Origin: a virus
Length of the DNA stretch: 64,000 nt
Direction: 5' to 3' (one strand)
Virus record (IMG/VR): IMGVR_UViG_3300025674_000028
Coordinates: 9,230 to 73,229 of that record
Numbering within the stretch: the first letter of the stretch is position 1; every line of letters begins with the position of its first letter. Shown here piece after piece: positions 1 through 11,200 of this stretch. Under the pieces are notes generated by a model. It did no database searches, was not told the DNA's origin, and was given only the letters and a program-made list of their open reading frames with translations. The position numbers and the translations under genes were made by a program.

Positions 1-1447
1 GGGGGTCCGCTTCAACGCCCATGTACCTGCGCATAAAGAACACTTGGAGGACACTGCCCACCTCGGGGACGTGGTTGACGTACCCCATGCTCACGACAGT
101 AAACGCGCCGTCGCCTGTACCCTCACCCCAGTCAATCCCCATGAAGACATCCCACGCAGGGTCAGCAAGCACCTCTTTTGGCGCAAGGCGCTCTAGGGAC
201 GTGATGCCTGGGTGGCACAGCCTGATCAGCTCCTCTCGGCTTAGCGGCTTCTTTCCGCTGTCCCACGACACGCCAAAGATCTCATTCATCTTTGACGCTT
301 CAGACGCTGTGGGGTCATTGACATCTTGGTAGAAAGCCAGCCAACGCTCAGCGAAGCGGTCCCTGTCATAAATTGATGTGTATGGCATCAAGCAGCGGCT
401 GAGATGAAATCCTTCAAAGTCGCTGTCTAAGGCTCCCGTCCGTACCCAGTTGCAATGCTTGGACAAGGGATTGATGGCGCGTCCGCATTTGATGCACAGC
501 AGCCCCTTACGGCCAATCATGCGATCTACTTCATTGGGATTTTGGGGCGGAAAGTTAGGGTGGTTGCATCGGTCGCAAGGAATCAGCCACAGGTTCTTAG
601 TTGAGCGCTTAGACCAGATTTGCTCAATGGGATTGTCAAAGGTCAGTGGCGTGCCACTGAATAGCGTGATGGCACCAAAGGGCAACTCACTGTTGTTGAG
701 CGTGGCGGTGATGACGGGAATGTTGGCCATGACGAAATCCTGAATCTCATCAATGGCGAGCACGTCGGCCGCGATGCCGCGAACACGGTTGGCGTTTAGG
801 TGCGCCGAGCGCATGACGATGCGGCTGTTGTTGCGTTTGAGTCGTTTGAAGAAGCGGTTGTAGTTGACGAACCCACCGACAAACTGCTTGAGCCTCGGTG
901 AGATGCGCAGCGTGTTGTCGACGCGCTCATCAGCAAACTCCTGCATGTTAAGTCCTGCGCTTGTCACGTACAGCGCGCAGATGTTTGAGAGCATGCTGAT
1001 GAACGTCCACAGCTTATTGCCAAGGCCAGTGGATTTTTCGGTCTGACGTGCGGCCTTGACCAGCGTCTTCCTTGCCAGCCGCGTAGACGCCTCGTCACCT
1101 CCTAAAGCGACAATACGCTTCTTTGTGTATTCGCTGTCGTAGATGGCCTTTTGCCACGGTCGCAGGTGCAGGCTGATGCTCTTTCCCATCGGGTTGCTGC
1201 GATCTGGCGCGTCAAAGTTAATCCGGTACTGCACAAACTCGCTTGGCAGCTCCGGCTGCGTAAACGCTCCGGGTCTCAGGCGTTTGGATGCGCGCTCCTG
1301 TGCCCACTGTACAGCACGGACATAAGCCTCTTGCTCGTCCCGCACATCGCTGCCCCGATCAAAGGGTACGCCTGTGCGCGGATCTATCACTTTTGTCTCT
1401 ACGCCTACGGGTATAGAGCTCTGTACATTAACCAATGGAGAAGTCAT
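1..1447 (-). CDS. terL: Terminase large subunit (GpA-like), 3' end runs off the left edge of the window
   Basis: Hand translation of the minus strand from ATG 1447 (MTSPLVNV...) stays open to the window edge. It shows Walker A-like AARQTEKST, RGIAADVLAIDEIQD (Walker B), coupling motif SGTP, Cys pairs CDRC/CIKC, and nuclease motif VFMGIDWG. Not in the ORF track because it has no stop within the window. Confidence 0.9.
   Translation of the reverse strand, partial: MTSPLVNVQSSIPVGVETKVIDPRTGVPFDRGSDVRDEQEAYVRAVQWAQERASKRLRPGAFTQPELPSEFVQYRINFDAPDRSNPMGKSISLHLRPWQKAIYDSEYTKKRIVALGGDEASTRLARKTLVKAARQTEKSTGLGNKLWTFISMLSNICALYVTSAGLNMQEFADERVDNTLRISPRLKQFVGGFVNYNRFFKRLKRNNSRIVMRSAHLNANRVRGIAADVLAIDEIQDFVMANIPVITATLNNSELPFGAITLFSGTPLTFDNPIEQIWSKRSTKNLWLIPCDRCNHPNFPPQNPNEVDRMIGRKGLLCIKCGRAINPLSKHCNWVRTGALDSDFEGFHLSRCLMPYTSIYDRDRFAERWLAFYQDVNDPTASEASKMNEIFGVSWDSGKKPLSREELIRLCHPGITSLERLAPKEVLADPAWDVFMGIDWGEGTGDGAFTVVSMGYVNHVPEVGSVLQVFFMRRYMGVEADP
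1317..1333 (+). promoter_or_regulatory. Candidate phage promoter Y-GGACATAAG-N5-YG, copy 1
   Basis: cGGACATAAGcctctTG, about 115 nt upstream of the plus-strand gene at 1446; one of five plus-strand copies. Confidence 0.65.
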
Positions 1448-1985
1448 GACTCTGCTCGAAAAAGTCTTGCGTCGCTATGGACGCATCGGCGGAAAGCTGC
1501 CGCCAAACTGCGAACAAGGTGCCTTGCTTAATATACAATGCGACGCTGAGAGCGAACAAATCGTAGACGACAATAACCTCTATCTGATCTGCGACAACCT
1601 GTCTGGTCAGTGGCAGTGTTTACGGCGTGCGACGTGCTGGACGTGCTCAAAGGGCCGTGAAATGGCGCGAGACGAGCTAGACGAGGAGTACGACTACTTT
1701 GTCGCTGACGCCGTACTGTCGTTACTTGCGCCCTGGCTAGATCAAGCTCCTCAAGGACATACCAGAGCCTTTTGCATTCACTGCGATGAAGGCGTCACCT
1801 TGGCCCATACCCCTGCTGACCTAATCACAGCAGGACTCATCGACAGTCCGTGCCTGCAATACCAGTCCTGCGCTCAATGTCCTGAAAGCGCAGAATGGGT
1901 GCAAACAGCAGTCTTTGCATTGATTGAAGAGGGATGGGAGGGCTCAGTCGGGCAGTGGGTACGCAATAGCCTGGGAATGCTTTAG
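1446..1985 (+). CDS. Cys-rich hypothetical protein (putative Zn-binding), isolated plus-strand gene
   Basis: ATG 1446 preceded by GGAG; contains CWTC, CIHC and CAQC motifs. Confidence 0.7.
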   Translation: MTLLEKVLRRYGRIGGKLPPNCEQGALLNIQCDAESEQIVDDNNLYLICDNLSGQWQCLRRATCWTCSKGREMARDELDEEYDYFVADAVLSLLAPWLDQAPQGHTRAFCIHCDEGVTLAHTPADLITAGLIDSPCLQYQSCAQCPESAEWVQTAVFALIEEGWEGSVGQWVRNSLGML

Positions 1986-2608
1986 AACTTGTACTCAAAT
2001 GCGACGCCTGCCGCTCGCCCTTTAAACGGACCGCCTTTTTCTGGCGCAGGCAGGTTCTTTAGATTCACTGTGTCTGAAAGCGGCACGGCCTTGTTGTCGA
2101 TGATCTTTTTCAAAAAAGGCTGCTTGTCAGCCTTTTTTTTTACGTCCTTTCCGGATGACTCTTTGTGATTGCGCGCAAACAGCGACGACGCCAATTTCTG
2201 TGACCTTATTGCGTCCAGTCCTTCAACCATTCGCGTCTCGTAATCGTCAAGACGCACTGATGCGCTCTTCATCAGGCCTAAAGCTTTGAAGCCAGAGAAG
2301 GGATCCGCATACATTTGCGCTGCTTTTCTAGGCACAAACCACGGGTCTAAGTACCAGGGCACTATAGGTCCTAGCTTACCTTGCGGTGTCCCGTCAGCAA
2401 TACGTTTGTTGAAGAAGTACGCGTTTGGGTCTTTAAAGGAAGTGCCTTCGGGCAATGATGAAGCATCAAACTTACTGCGCGGCCGGAATGTGTCGTACAG
2501 GGCGAATCCGCCTGCTCCAACGCCGAGCGCTTTTGCGCCCCGCACAAGGCGTGACTGACGGCGTGCTTGCTCAGCAAACATATGAGGAATGACACCGCGG
2601 TAACTCAT
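1982..2608 (-). CDS. Hypothetical protein with Gly-rich hydrophobic helix (putative virion/internal protein)
   Basis: 208-aa ORF with GAGG SD; segments ALGVGAGGFALY and GFKALGLMKSAS. Confidence 0.65.
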   Translation of the reverse strand: MSYRGVIPHMFAEQARRQSRLVRGAKALGVGAGGFALYDTFRPRSKFDASSLPEGTSFKDPNAYFFNKRIADGTPQGKLGPIVPWYLDPWFVPRKAAQMYADPFSGFKALGLMKSASVRLDDYETRMVEGLDAIRSQKLASSLFARNHKESSGKDVKKKADKQPFLKKIIDNKAVPLSDTVNLKNLPAPEKGGPFKGRAAGVAFEYKF

Positions 2609-2648
2609 GATTCAGTTCCTCAAACTTTCGGAGATGAAACACGCCTGC

Positions 2649-3200
2649 TTACACTGCGCGACTTTCAGCCACTCGTCTCATTTCCTTCTGACATTCCTTT
2701 AGAACGTCTACCATAAAGGTGTGCCACCCAAGATTCTTGTACAACTCAGCAAGGCGCAACTCCAGCAAGTCCATGCCTCTGCGCCTGCTGTCGTGTTTTA
2801 GGGTAACACGGTGAGGACGCTCCATGCCATAAGCGTAGTACTCTGCCTTCACGTTGCAGACCGCGTCGAAGACGCGAGCAAAAGGCTTCTCTATGGCCTC
2901 CAGAAACACATCAAGGCTTGGAAACTGAGCGCGTCCTCGAGGAGGATACAGCTGCATCATGATGTCTCGGTCATCTTCCATCCAGATGTCCGCATCAAAG
3001 CCTTCAAATTCTGTAAAGACGCCAATCTTTTTGTCCTTGAGTTGAACGACAAGACCTTTGCGGCGATCCAACGTAGAAGGATCGCGCAGTTCCTCATCGG
3101 TCATTCCAAAGACATCTTTGTTGACTGAAGAGATCAGTTTGTCGGCAAACTTTTGCTGCTCGACGCTTTGACCCCATGCATCTAAAAGACCGTAGCCCAT
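2649..3200 (-). CDS. Hypothetical protein
   Basis: 183-aa ORF packed within the minus-strand gene run. Confidence 0.7.
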   Translation of the reverse strand: MGYGLLDAWGQSVEQQKFADKLISSVNKDVFGMTDEELRDPSTLDRRKGLVVQLKDKKIGVFTEFEGFDADIWMEDDRDIMMQLYPPRGRAQFPSLDVFLEAIEKPFARVFDAVCNVKAEYYAYGMERPHRVTLKHDSRRRGMDLLELRLAELYKNLGWHTFMVDVLKECQKEMRRVAESRAV

Positions 3201-3251
3201 TGTGTGCCTGGTTAGTAAAGATGTGCGAATGACGCTTGTGCCATCCGGCTT

Positions 3252-3959
3252 TTACCTAGTCAACATTTCATAAGTTGACGTTAAAAAGTCGGGATATCCT
3301 CGGGTCAAGACATCTTGTGCTTCGTCCTGAAAGTAACCTTCTGGCAGGTTCATATATCTACCGAGAAGCGTGGGCTCAGGTGGCTTACGAGCATCGAAAT
3401 AGCGTTGGCGATCATTACCTTTTAATGACCTGACAGAGTCTCGCTTGATCGTTGACGGGCGCGAATATCCGCCAGTCATGGGATCTGACACGTCAGGCGC
3501 TGGCGTTGACTCCGCCGGCATTTCACTTTCCGTCCTGGCGTCGAATGCCTCACGACCCTTCACGTCTGCATACTCGCTTCGGTATCGAGGAGTAGCCAGT
3601 CCAGGCTTTAACCCCAGTGCATTGCTCAGGCCGCCGGCCGCAGTATCAAACATGCGGCCGGTCGCTTCCGAAATGTCTTCGTCGCTCAAGCCGGCAGCGC
3701 GAGCACCGCCGTAAGCGGCAACTGGCGCGGCAAGTCCACCGTACAGAAGACCTCTCGCGACGCCTCTGCCTACGTTTGTGGTTGGAGGTGGGGCTTGCAA
3801 CCCTAAGCGCTGCAATACGGAGCTAATGGCACCCGTCGGACGACGAGACACCTTTTCGCGGACTTGCAAGATATTGGCACCCCGCGCCACCAAAGACGGC
3901 ATGGAGTGTTTTATAAAGTTGTATTGGCCCACGTTTGTCCTCCTCCAAATTTTGCTCAA
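3252..3959 (-). CDS. Glycine-zipper precursor-like protein, paralog A
   Basis: Leader ends in KHS; core GRGVARGLLYGGLAAPVAAYGGARAAGLSDEDI is shared with the neighbouring gene. Confidence 0.75.
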   Translation of the reverse strand: MSKIWRRTNVGQYNFIKHSMPSLVARGANILQVREKVSRRPTGAISSVLQRLGLQAPPPTTNVGRGVARGLLYGGLAAPVAAYGGARAAGLSDEDISEATGRMFDTAAGGLSNALGLKPGLATPRYRSEYADVKGREAFDARTESEMPAESTPAPDVSDPMTGGYSRPSTIKRDSVRSLKGNDRQRYFDARKPPEPTLLGRYMNLPEGYFQDEAQDVLTRGYPDFLTSTYEMLTR

Positions 3960-3974
3960 GCCACAAAGTCACTT

Positions 3975-4559
3975 TCACTTAAACAACTTTTCGTTTGGGT
4001 AAAGGTTGGGGTCAATAGGCACGCCAGGCTGCATTGGGCCCTGCACACCACCGAACATCGTCGGATTGTTTTGGACACCGGGGTAGATATCGGTGGCACC
4101 TAACGCGTCGCGTCCGCCCCCAAAGTAAGCAGCGTCTTCACGTAACGCTTGAGCTGCACTGCCAACAGGCGCTTCCGCAGGACCCTGCACAGAAAGGGCA
4201 CTGCCGGGCGTCCCGGTCTGACCAAAGTACGCTTCATCGCGGCCAAGTTTTGCACTAAGGCTCATGGATGGGTCGTCGGCTACACCAACGCCGCCCATCA
4301 GACCAAGCGCTGTGTCGCCAATGGCCGACCCGATCTGCTCGTCTGAAAGCCCATAAGCACGGGCCCCGCCATATGCAGCCAGTGGAGCAGCTAAGGCGCC
4401 GTAGCCGAGGCCGCGCGCAACTGAAGCACCAATGTTTGGCCCGGCAGGAGCCGGAGTGCGCAGCCCGGCACGCACAAGCAGGTCGTTCAGGAGGCCAGCG
4501 CGGCGCGCACGCATCCCGCGGCTAATCTTGATCATGTTTTTTACAGACGGAGTACGCAT
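3975..4559 (-). CDS. Glycine-zipper precursor-like protein, paralog B
   Basis: Leader ends in KIS; core GASVARGLGYGALAAPLAAYGGARAYGLSDEQI; GAGGA SD. Confidence 0.75.
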   Translation of the reverse strand: MRTPSVKNMIKISRGMRARRAGLLNDLLVRAGLRTPAPAGPNIGASVARGLGYGALAAPLAAYGGARAYGLSDEQIGSAIGDTALGLMGGVGVADDPSMSLSAKLGRDEAYFGQTGTPGSALSVQGPAEAPVGSAAQALREDAAYFGGGRDALGATDIYPGVQNNPTMFGGVQGPMQPGVPIDPNLYPNEKLFK

Positions 4560-4584
4560 TGTGATGTCCTCAAGTATGTGCCTG

Positions 4585-5805
4585 CTAACTTAGCATGGCT
4601 GTCAAAGAGAGAGAATGAGCCACGTCCAGGTCTTCGTCAACCTCAGCGTCAACTTCTTCTACGTCAGATTCGTATTCTACCGCGACAGTCTCTGCCTGTG
4701 TACTGCCAAGCTCCGCACCAAAAAGCTCATCGTCTTTCTCTGGCGCAAGCCGGTCATCCAGCCAGTCTGACAGCTCCATCCTAATTCCGTAGTCAAGCAG
4801 ACGTCCACTGCTGACTTGGTTAAGGAGCTCTTGATACCTAGTGCTGTCAATGCCGCCGTACTTATTGACTTGTTCCAACAATTCGTGGTCGGAGCTGTAG
4901 TCAATTTCGCGCAGTATGTCGCCCAAGTTTTGGAAGTCTTCTGCTTCCCTCAACTTCATCTTGTCCAGTTCGTCTTCAGCCCCAGCAGACAATTCAGCTT
5001 GAATCTCTTGCACTTTAAGCACTGCGGCGTCCATCACCCCATACGCGCTAGTAAATTCGCGATGATCAAACTTTTCAGGGCGAGCGCGCATCATGCGTAT
5101 CTGCGTGTGGGCGACGTCACGTGCATCTTCGTAGCGTTGAAGGTCGGTGTATTTCAACGAGCCTCGACCAAGGCGCCACAGAAACTCTTCGGAGCCACCC
5201 GTGACTGCAGCGGCCTCTTGCATGTTTAAGCCCATGCCGCCGACGTACATCAGGCGATCCGCGACTCCCATGCCTGACAAATCCCAGAACAACAGGCGCA
5301 CTGCCTCGACATCGACAGGCCGAGGAGCCCTCTTGTTGCACAGGCGCAGCTTAGGGACTTGATCTTTTATGGTGTCTGCAATGGAGGTATCAGAGCAATC
5401 TGCGCTTATAAGGCCGCGCAACAGAGTGCGTACGAGGTCGTGCTGCCAAAGCATAATCGCATTTCGAAACTTTGCCGTACGCGCTGACGATCCGATAAAT
5501 CCATCTAGACCGAAGTATTTGAGATATTCGGACTCACTGAGTTTTGTGACGTCCTGGACGTCTAACCAAGTCTGAGGCGCTTTGCTTGATGCTTTTTTTG
5601 ACTTGCTAGACACCAACTTTACAGGTCGGTCTACCCTGCTCGTGTCTACGATGGCGCTGACCGCAGGCGTAAATTCGCCACGTTTAGAGCCTGCAACGCC
5701 TGGCAGACGCAGGTGAATGGACGCTTCTTCGTGCAACGCGACGTGATCAACGCCTTGCCAGATGCGCAACCGAATGTATCTTTCTGCGGGGTGACGCACG
5801 ATCAC
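4585..5805 (-). CDS. Hypothetical protein with acidic C-terminal tail
   Basis: Probable GTG start at 5805 overlapping the upstream TGA (GTGA coupling); D/E-rich C-terminus. Confidence 0.7.
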   Translation of the reverse strand: MIVRHPAERYIRLRIWQGVDHVALHEEASIHLRLPGVAGSKRGEFTPAVSAIVDTSRVDRPVKLVSSKSKKASSKAPQTWLDVQDVTKLSESEYLKYFGLDGFIGSSARTAKFRNAIMLWQHDLVRTLLRGLISADCSDTSIADTIKDQVPKLRLCNKRAPRPVDVEAVRLLFWDLSGMGVADRLMYVGGMGLNMQEAAAVTGGSEEFLWRLGRGSLKYTDLQRYEDARDVAHTQIRMMRARPEKFDHREFTSAYGVMDAAVLKVQEIQAELSAGAEDELDKMKLREAEDFQNLGDILREIDYSSDHELLEQVNKYGGIDSTRYQELLNQVSSGRLLDYGIRMELSDWLDDRLAPEKDDELFGAELGSTQAETVAVEYESDVEEVDAEVDEDLDVAHSLSLTAMLS

Positions 5806-8243
5806 ATGTCCTGCAAGCTGGTCTCTAAAAGTCGCAGACCCTGCAACGTCGGCTCCAATCCATGAATGCACATTGTCAGTGCACTTTCAGGTACTTCAGT
5901 CATACCGAGCCGAGACGCCATTAGCAACGCGCAAAGCTTAGACAAAGACTCTTCTAAGTCGGGCCGCATGTCGGCAAACTTAATCAATGTCTCAGGATTA
6001 AGGAAATTTAAGCTTAGAGCTGCATCGACCGACATGCCAAGAATTAAGCTGCTGACCTTCTCTCGTTCGATGTGTGGTCGCAAGTGACTGTAAGCCACCT
6101 CAATGACCGATGGCATCTCATTGACGGGAATGGCGCTTGACACCTTGTTGAGCAGCTGCTTGACCCTGTTGGCTTTCTCCCTTGCTGACGACGCGATGTC
6201 ACTGCCCATGCTGTGTGCAGGGGTGTCCACTGTAAAGGAGACGCTGTGACTAATCTTGACCTGCTCTAAGACTTCATTTGCCTGCATGTCTGACAAGCCG
6301 CAGAAACGCAGACAGGCACTGGCTTGCTTTGTAAGCATCTTTTCTTGACTGCCAGGGATGCCAGACAGAAGTGGGTGACTGATGGCGTAACCATCTCCCA
6401 TGCTCTGTACCGTCAAAGTCGCAGGATTTTTGATTTCGCCAGCCCAGCGATTTGAATACAGTGCTGCACTTTCTTTCGCGAGGGGCGCTGATTCTTCAAT
6501 TGGCTCAAGCGCCGTCTCTTGGAACAGTTTGTCTTCATCCTGCTGCTTATCACCAAACACAGACGTTCGGCTCGCTTGAGAAGGCACATGCAAGATGACT
6601 CGGTCTTTACGCGGCTCGGTCACCATACGAGCGAAATCTTGACTGAAGTGCGCATAGATTGACCTGTCATTGTCCATCATGCGCGCACAGCCAGTCTCTG
6701 GATCAATGGTCTTGTAGAATAGCTCTCCGTCAATAGAGGTCGTGTTCGAAGACACAAGCAGGCCCAGCAGGGCACCGTCTTGCTTCCACATTGCAAACTC
6801 TGATGGCTGGAAGTCCATACTGGATGCCATGCGGGCACTGACGTATTTGCGTACTTTCTTGATCGCCGGGATGTTGTCAGTAGAGCTGTCCCCTAACCAC
6901 AGAACTTTGATGTCTTCGAGGTCGCTCCACTGATCGGACGGAATACACAAACACCCGTCCATGCTTAGAATGGCTTGCCTGCCAGACGCAAAGCCAGCTT
7001 CCCCGTGCGCCGAGTTGACGATGTATCCATCAAACAACTCAGGCATGCCCAGCTTCTTTTTTGGATTGAGGAACCGCAGCTTGTAGGCAGGGACCGGGCC
7101 TGTCTTCAGTGAACTGTGCTTCGCCTTCCATGGGTAGAAATATCCAGGCTCATGCATCTCTTCAAGCTGCTCAAACGCTTCGCTTTGAGCAAGCTGCTGG
7201 GCTACTGCAGGAAAACTTCCTGTGACGCCGTGCGACTCTTTGGTATGCAACGCGACGTATCCGTCACTAAGCAGCTGTTGAGTCATGTCCTGGCCTAACG
7301 CCTGACTGACTTTGTGGTAGGGCACTGACGACCACTTGCTTCGAGACACTTTGCCGCTGGTAGGATCGCTAAGCCACCAATCACGCGCCTGAATGTCTGC
7401 GCTCGTCTTTTTAAACTCAATCAGACTGAGGCTCGCTTCATTTTCAAGCATAGATGAGATGACGGCGTCCAAGTCGTCTTCCGAGCTACTACTTGAACTC
7501 GCCTTAACAACAGTGCCACCCTTTGTCACGTGGCTTAAAGCTGCTTGCAGCGCCAGACGGCCTTCAGATTGTTTTTGCAGATGAGCGACGTTGTCTGACG
7601 TCAAAAACTCTTCTGCATGACGACGCATGCGAGCGGTGACGGAGGGCAACGCGGCGACCAAAGCATCGGCAGTCAAGTTGCGCAGCTGATCCAAGTCCGA
7701 CACTGCGCTGGAAAACTTGACACCAGGGAGGCTGTTGCTCGCTGTTGTCCAATCAAAGTCCTGAAGCCCTTTCGGGTGCATCCCTTCACGCACATTCTGC
7801 TCAAGAGAGTGCGGTGACCGATCAGTCTCAATATACAGATCAGGCAAGCGCATCAAACGCATGATGCGTTCTTCATTCAACGGGTAGAATTGATCTTTGT
7901 GAAGAAAGATGTCGAAGGGGTAGAGCTTGAAGTCTGAGATGATGATCGGGATCGACACTACGTTAATGCGGTCAGGCCCTGTGGCGCTTGCGGGTATATT
8001 CTGTGGCGTGACATGGAAAAACCCGACAGCATAACCGTCTTCGCTTTTTGCAGTGATGTGCGTGTTGATCGTTGTACGCGCAAGCCAAGGATGCGTGCCG
8101 ATCAAAGCGTCATAGGATTGCTGATCCCACGCATCGCAGTTTTCGCCCACGTCAATACGCGGAGCAGAACTTTTTAAAACAGAGCGTCGTCCGACATGAA
8201 TGTGTTCTTTTAAATCTTGATGTCGGTAAAATGCTGCGGTCAT
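5802..8243 (-). CDS. Putative head/internal structural protein, K-x-S rich
   Basis: 813-aa ORF with GAGG SD; about 14 K-x-S sites by hand count; lies in the morphogenesis block. Function is inferred. Confidence 0.6.
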   Translation of the reverse strand: MTAAFYRHQDLKEHIHVGRRSVLKSSAPRIDVGENCDAWDQQSYDALIGTHPWLARTTINTHITAKSEDGYAVGFFHVTPQNIPASATGPDRINVVSIPIIISDFKLYPFDIFLHKDQFYPLNEERIMRLMRLPDLYIETDRSPHSLEQNVREGMHPKGLQDFDWTTASNSLPGVKFSSAVSDLDQLRNLTADALVAALPSVTARMRRHAEEFLTSDNVAHLQKQSEGRLALQAALSHVTKGGTVVKASSSSSSEDDLDAVISSMLENEASLSLIEFKKTSADIQARDWWLSDPTSGKVSRSKWSSVPYHKVSQALGQDMTQQLLSDGYVALHTKESHGVTGSFPAVAQQLAQSEAFEQLEEMHEPGYFYPWKAKHSSLKTGPVPAYKLRFLNPKKKLGMPELFDGYIVNSAHGEAGFASGRQAILSMDGCLCIPSDQWSDLEDIKVLWLGDSSTDNIPAIKKVRKYVSARMASSMDFQPSEFAMWKQDGALLGLLVSSNTTSIDGELFYKTIDPETGCARMMDNDRSIYAHFSQDFARMVTEPRKDRVILHVPSQASRTSVFGDKQQDEDKLFQETALEPIEESAPLAKESAALYSNRWAGEIKNPATLTVQSMGDGYAISHPLLSGIPGSQEKMLTKQASACLRFCGLSDMQANEVLEQVKISHSVSFTVDTPAHSMGSDIASSAREKANRVKQLLNKVSSAIPVNEMPSVIEVAYSHLRPHIEREKVSSLILGMSVDAALSLNFLNPETLIKFADMRPDLEESLSKLCALLMASRLGMTEVPESALTMCIHGLEPTLQGLRLLETSLQDM

Positions 8244-8271
8244 GTTCTACCTCGCTTCGCGTACAGCAGAG

Positions 8272-11200
8272 CTATCGATACAAATCCAAAAGTTGATCAG
8301 GCTCGTCTACTGACAGAGCTTTATAGATCAAACCAATGTACCCACATGCAGGTACGCTTGCCAACTGCCCATCTGCGCCGTCCCACGGCAACCGGACGTC
8401 TTGCGTTAACACACTATCACGCCAACTTGGTTTTCCGATACGCCAAGCGCCTCCCGCCTCCTTTAAGCCCTCGAGGGTGCGGACCGTGGGATTGGCGTCA
8501 CCGCTATCTATTGTGACAGTAGAGAGAGCTTGCTGTGACCAGACGTCTGCTTGTTTTGTACTAAGCATCAACGACAAACGATTTTGCGCGGGTACGACAT
8601 CTACGACAATGCCGACATGAACTCCGGACTCGCTATGGTTTGCGCTGATGGTTGTGCGCTCGTACCAAGTGCCCGTCAATATATCCTTTTCCTCTAACGC
8701 AAACTGCTGTTGAGTACTCGTCAATGTGAGCACTACCCTGTGGCTGCCGCCCAAAAGCATCACATAGGTGCCGTGCTTAAACTCGTATGTCGGGCGCGCT
8801 GTGATGTATTCTAAGGCCACCCCGCCGCCCCTCAAGTCCGCACTTGGGCGCAGTGATATGCGGCTTGTCTTAGGCAATGTTTCATACCAAATAGAGCCTG
8901 AGTCAACAGGGTCACAACCACCAAAGACAGACATGCCTGCACTGCCTATGCCTGCCCTAGCCCACGGCCTCCCGCTCAGAATAAGATGATCGCCGTCTTC
9001 CCAGATATCTTCGTCACCCAAACTTGTACGGATGAAAGGATTGAACTGCGCATAGGGGCGGTGCCTGTCGTAGCTGACTTCGTCTGAGACGTAGGACGAA
9101 AATTGACTGTTGATGACAAGGTACGCGTCTAGTCCGCCGTAAGAAGAATCTGTGGCACTGTCCACGACGACTTGCCAGGACTTGTTGGGCAAAAGCCCTG
9201 TCTCTCCTAACACATCGTCTGGCAATCCACCGTCCAGCACGCTCAAGTCAAGCTGTGTCATCGAGCCGTCAGCATTACGAACTAACAAGTGGCGCCAGCT
9301 TGAAGGCCGTGCATAGACTGTGACAGGCGATGTACTGACGGATCCAATACCGATACGGACAAGAGAGGGAGCAACGCACGACAACACACGCCACAAGTTG
9401 TTGATTGGCGTAGGCTCCGTTGGGGGCGTGTAAACTGCGCCATCTCTCTCCATACTGTAAAGCGTCGCTGAGCCATTCGCATTGATGGTCTGACCCAACT
9501 CCGTCAAAGACTGGACATCTTTTGCAAGTGCCGTATTTCCGCTGCTTAAAACGCCCTCTATCCTTAAATCCAGATTAGGAAACTCCTGCATCTGACTAAC
9601 ATCCCGAACCTGACTGTCTCCGCTGATGGAACCACTTGTGATGTCAAGCTCGCGGGCGTTTGTCCCTGTCACCACGTCAATGCTCTGGTACGAGCCCCAT
9701 TCGTCGTTGTTGACGTCAATGACATGCCCTGCGGAGATGGCTTGCAAGCCACAGGGCATGGCGGCATCTATGGTAGACACACGGGGCGTGGCGTTTTTCT
9801 TCCACGATGCGGCCAAGTCAAACGACACGCCGGGACACGATTGCGCAATGACACTGGTCTCTGGCGCAGGGCTGCTCGGTTGAATCGTCAGACATGGCTC
9901 TTCGTCCACAAACACTGCGCCAGTCACAATTCCGCCAAGTGTGACGAGTGGAGCTGAGGGCAATGCAGGATAGACGTACACCGTGGAGCCCGGACTTGGA
10001 TCAATCATGGTTGGCGACGTCCTGATGTACCGTAAACTGCCGTCGAACCACGGAACCCCGACGTCGATGTAATATTTCTCATTCAGGAGCACAGCGGGGA
10101 AGCCAAGGCCATCAAGAATTGTCCACAGTGACAAGCTGTCGATGGCGCAGCCCCCCGGAAGAATCGTACCTCCCACAAAAGTGTCTGTCGGCTGAGACGG
10201 AGATCCAGACGCCTCGATTTTGTAGTTTTCCGTAGGCAGTTCGGAGTATAGCGCTGTCTGCCTTGAAATCTGGACGTCACTGTGGGGGATATTGGAACGC
10301 ACGCCTGACGCAACCATTCGCGTCGTTGTCCATGTGCTGGCATCGTCTCCAAGAGGTAAGGTAGCACCACCAAGGAGTGGATACTTTTCAGTGATCCACG
10401 CATTGCGTGCCTGCGCGGGAGGCACTGAGACAATGGCCCTGTAATCAGGTTCAATAGAACGACTGCTACCATATCGGTCTAAACGACGCAGCAATCTTTC
10501 AGGGGGGGCAATGGCATCGATGATGACATTTGCGTCCGCTGGAGTGCCAAGATCCAGGCCTGCGTTAACGGAGGTATCACTGTCAACGTTATCAACGGGC
10601 GTATCGACGCCAGTCTCTCCAACTGTGCCGTCTCTATCGATTGCGTTATCGGGCGGTAACGACGCAAAGTCAGAGACTCCTTCAGTGACAGCGTCAATCG
10701 GGACTTTTGCCTCCGGACCGTCACACAGGTACTCCTGCCAATCCTCCTCCGTAGGTGCAAAGAGGTTGGCAAACAGCCGAGACAGCGCGCCTTCGACAAA
10801 GAAGATGCCTACGCCGTAAATCAGCAGGTTTCCGGGAGGGCCAAAGCTAAGGGACGGAAACACTGCTTGAATTCCTTCGGCGTAGCTTTTCCGTATGGTC
10901 TCGCCTGCTCGGTATACTCTTGGATCTGAGTAGTTGAACCCGTCTCTGCCAGCGGCAGTAAATTCATCATCCAACTGCAAAAGCTCGCTGCGCTTCATCC
11001 AGTCGTTAACTTGCTGACCTGAATATGACGGTATCCCTGTAGTGTCCGTCGGCAGCGCGGTAATCCTTCCATACCTGTACTCTGTCAACGATGGCGACCC
11101 GTCGTCGTTGACGCCTGCGTGAATGGTCCCCCAGGTGATTCGTACAGTGTCATCCCGCTTCGCGGTCTCAATGCGGTTTACGAGATGATCGAGACCTCCA

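Noticed and set aside
21-1325. Several short plus-strand ORFs
   Set aside because: Antisense shadows of the terminase reading frame
2132-2143. A-AAA-AAA-AAG slippery run in gene 1982..2608
   Set aside because: Simply encodes KKK in a Lys-rich region; no evident stimulatory structure or useful shifted ORF
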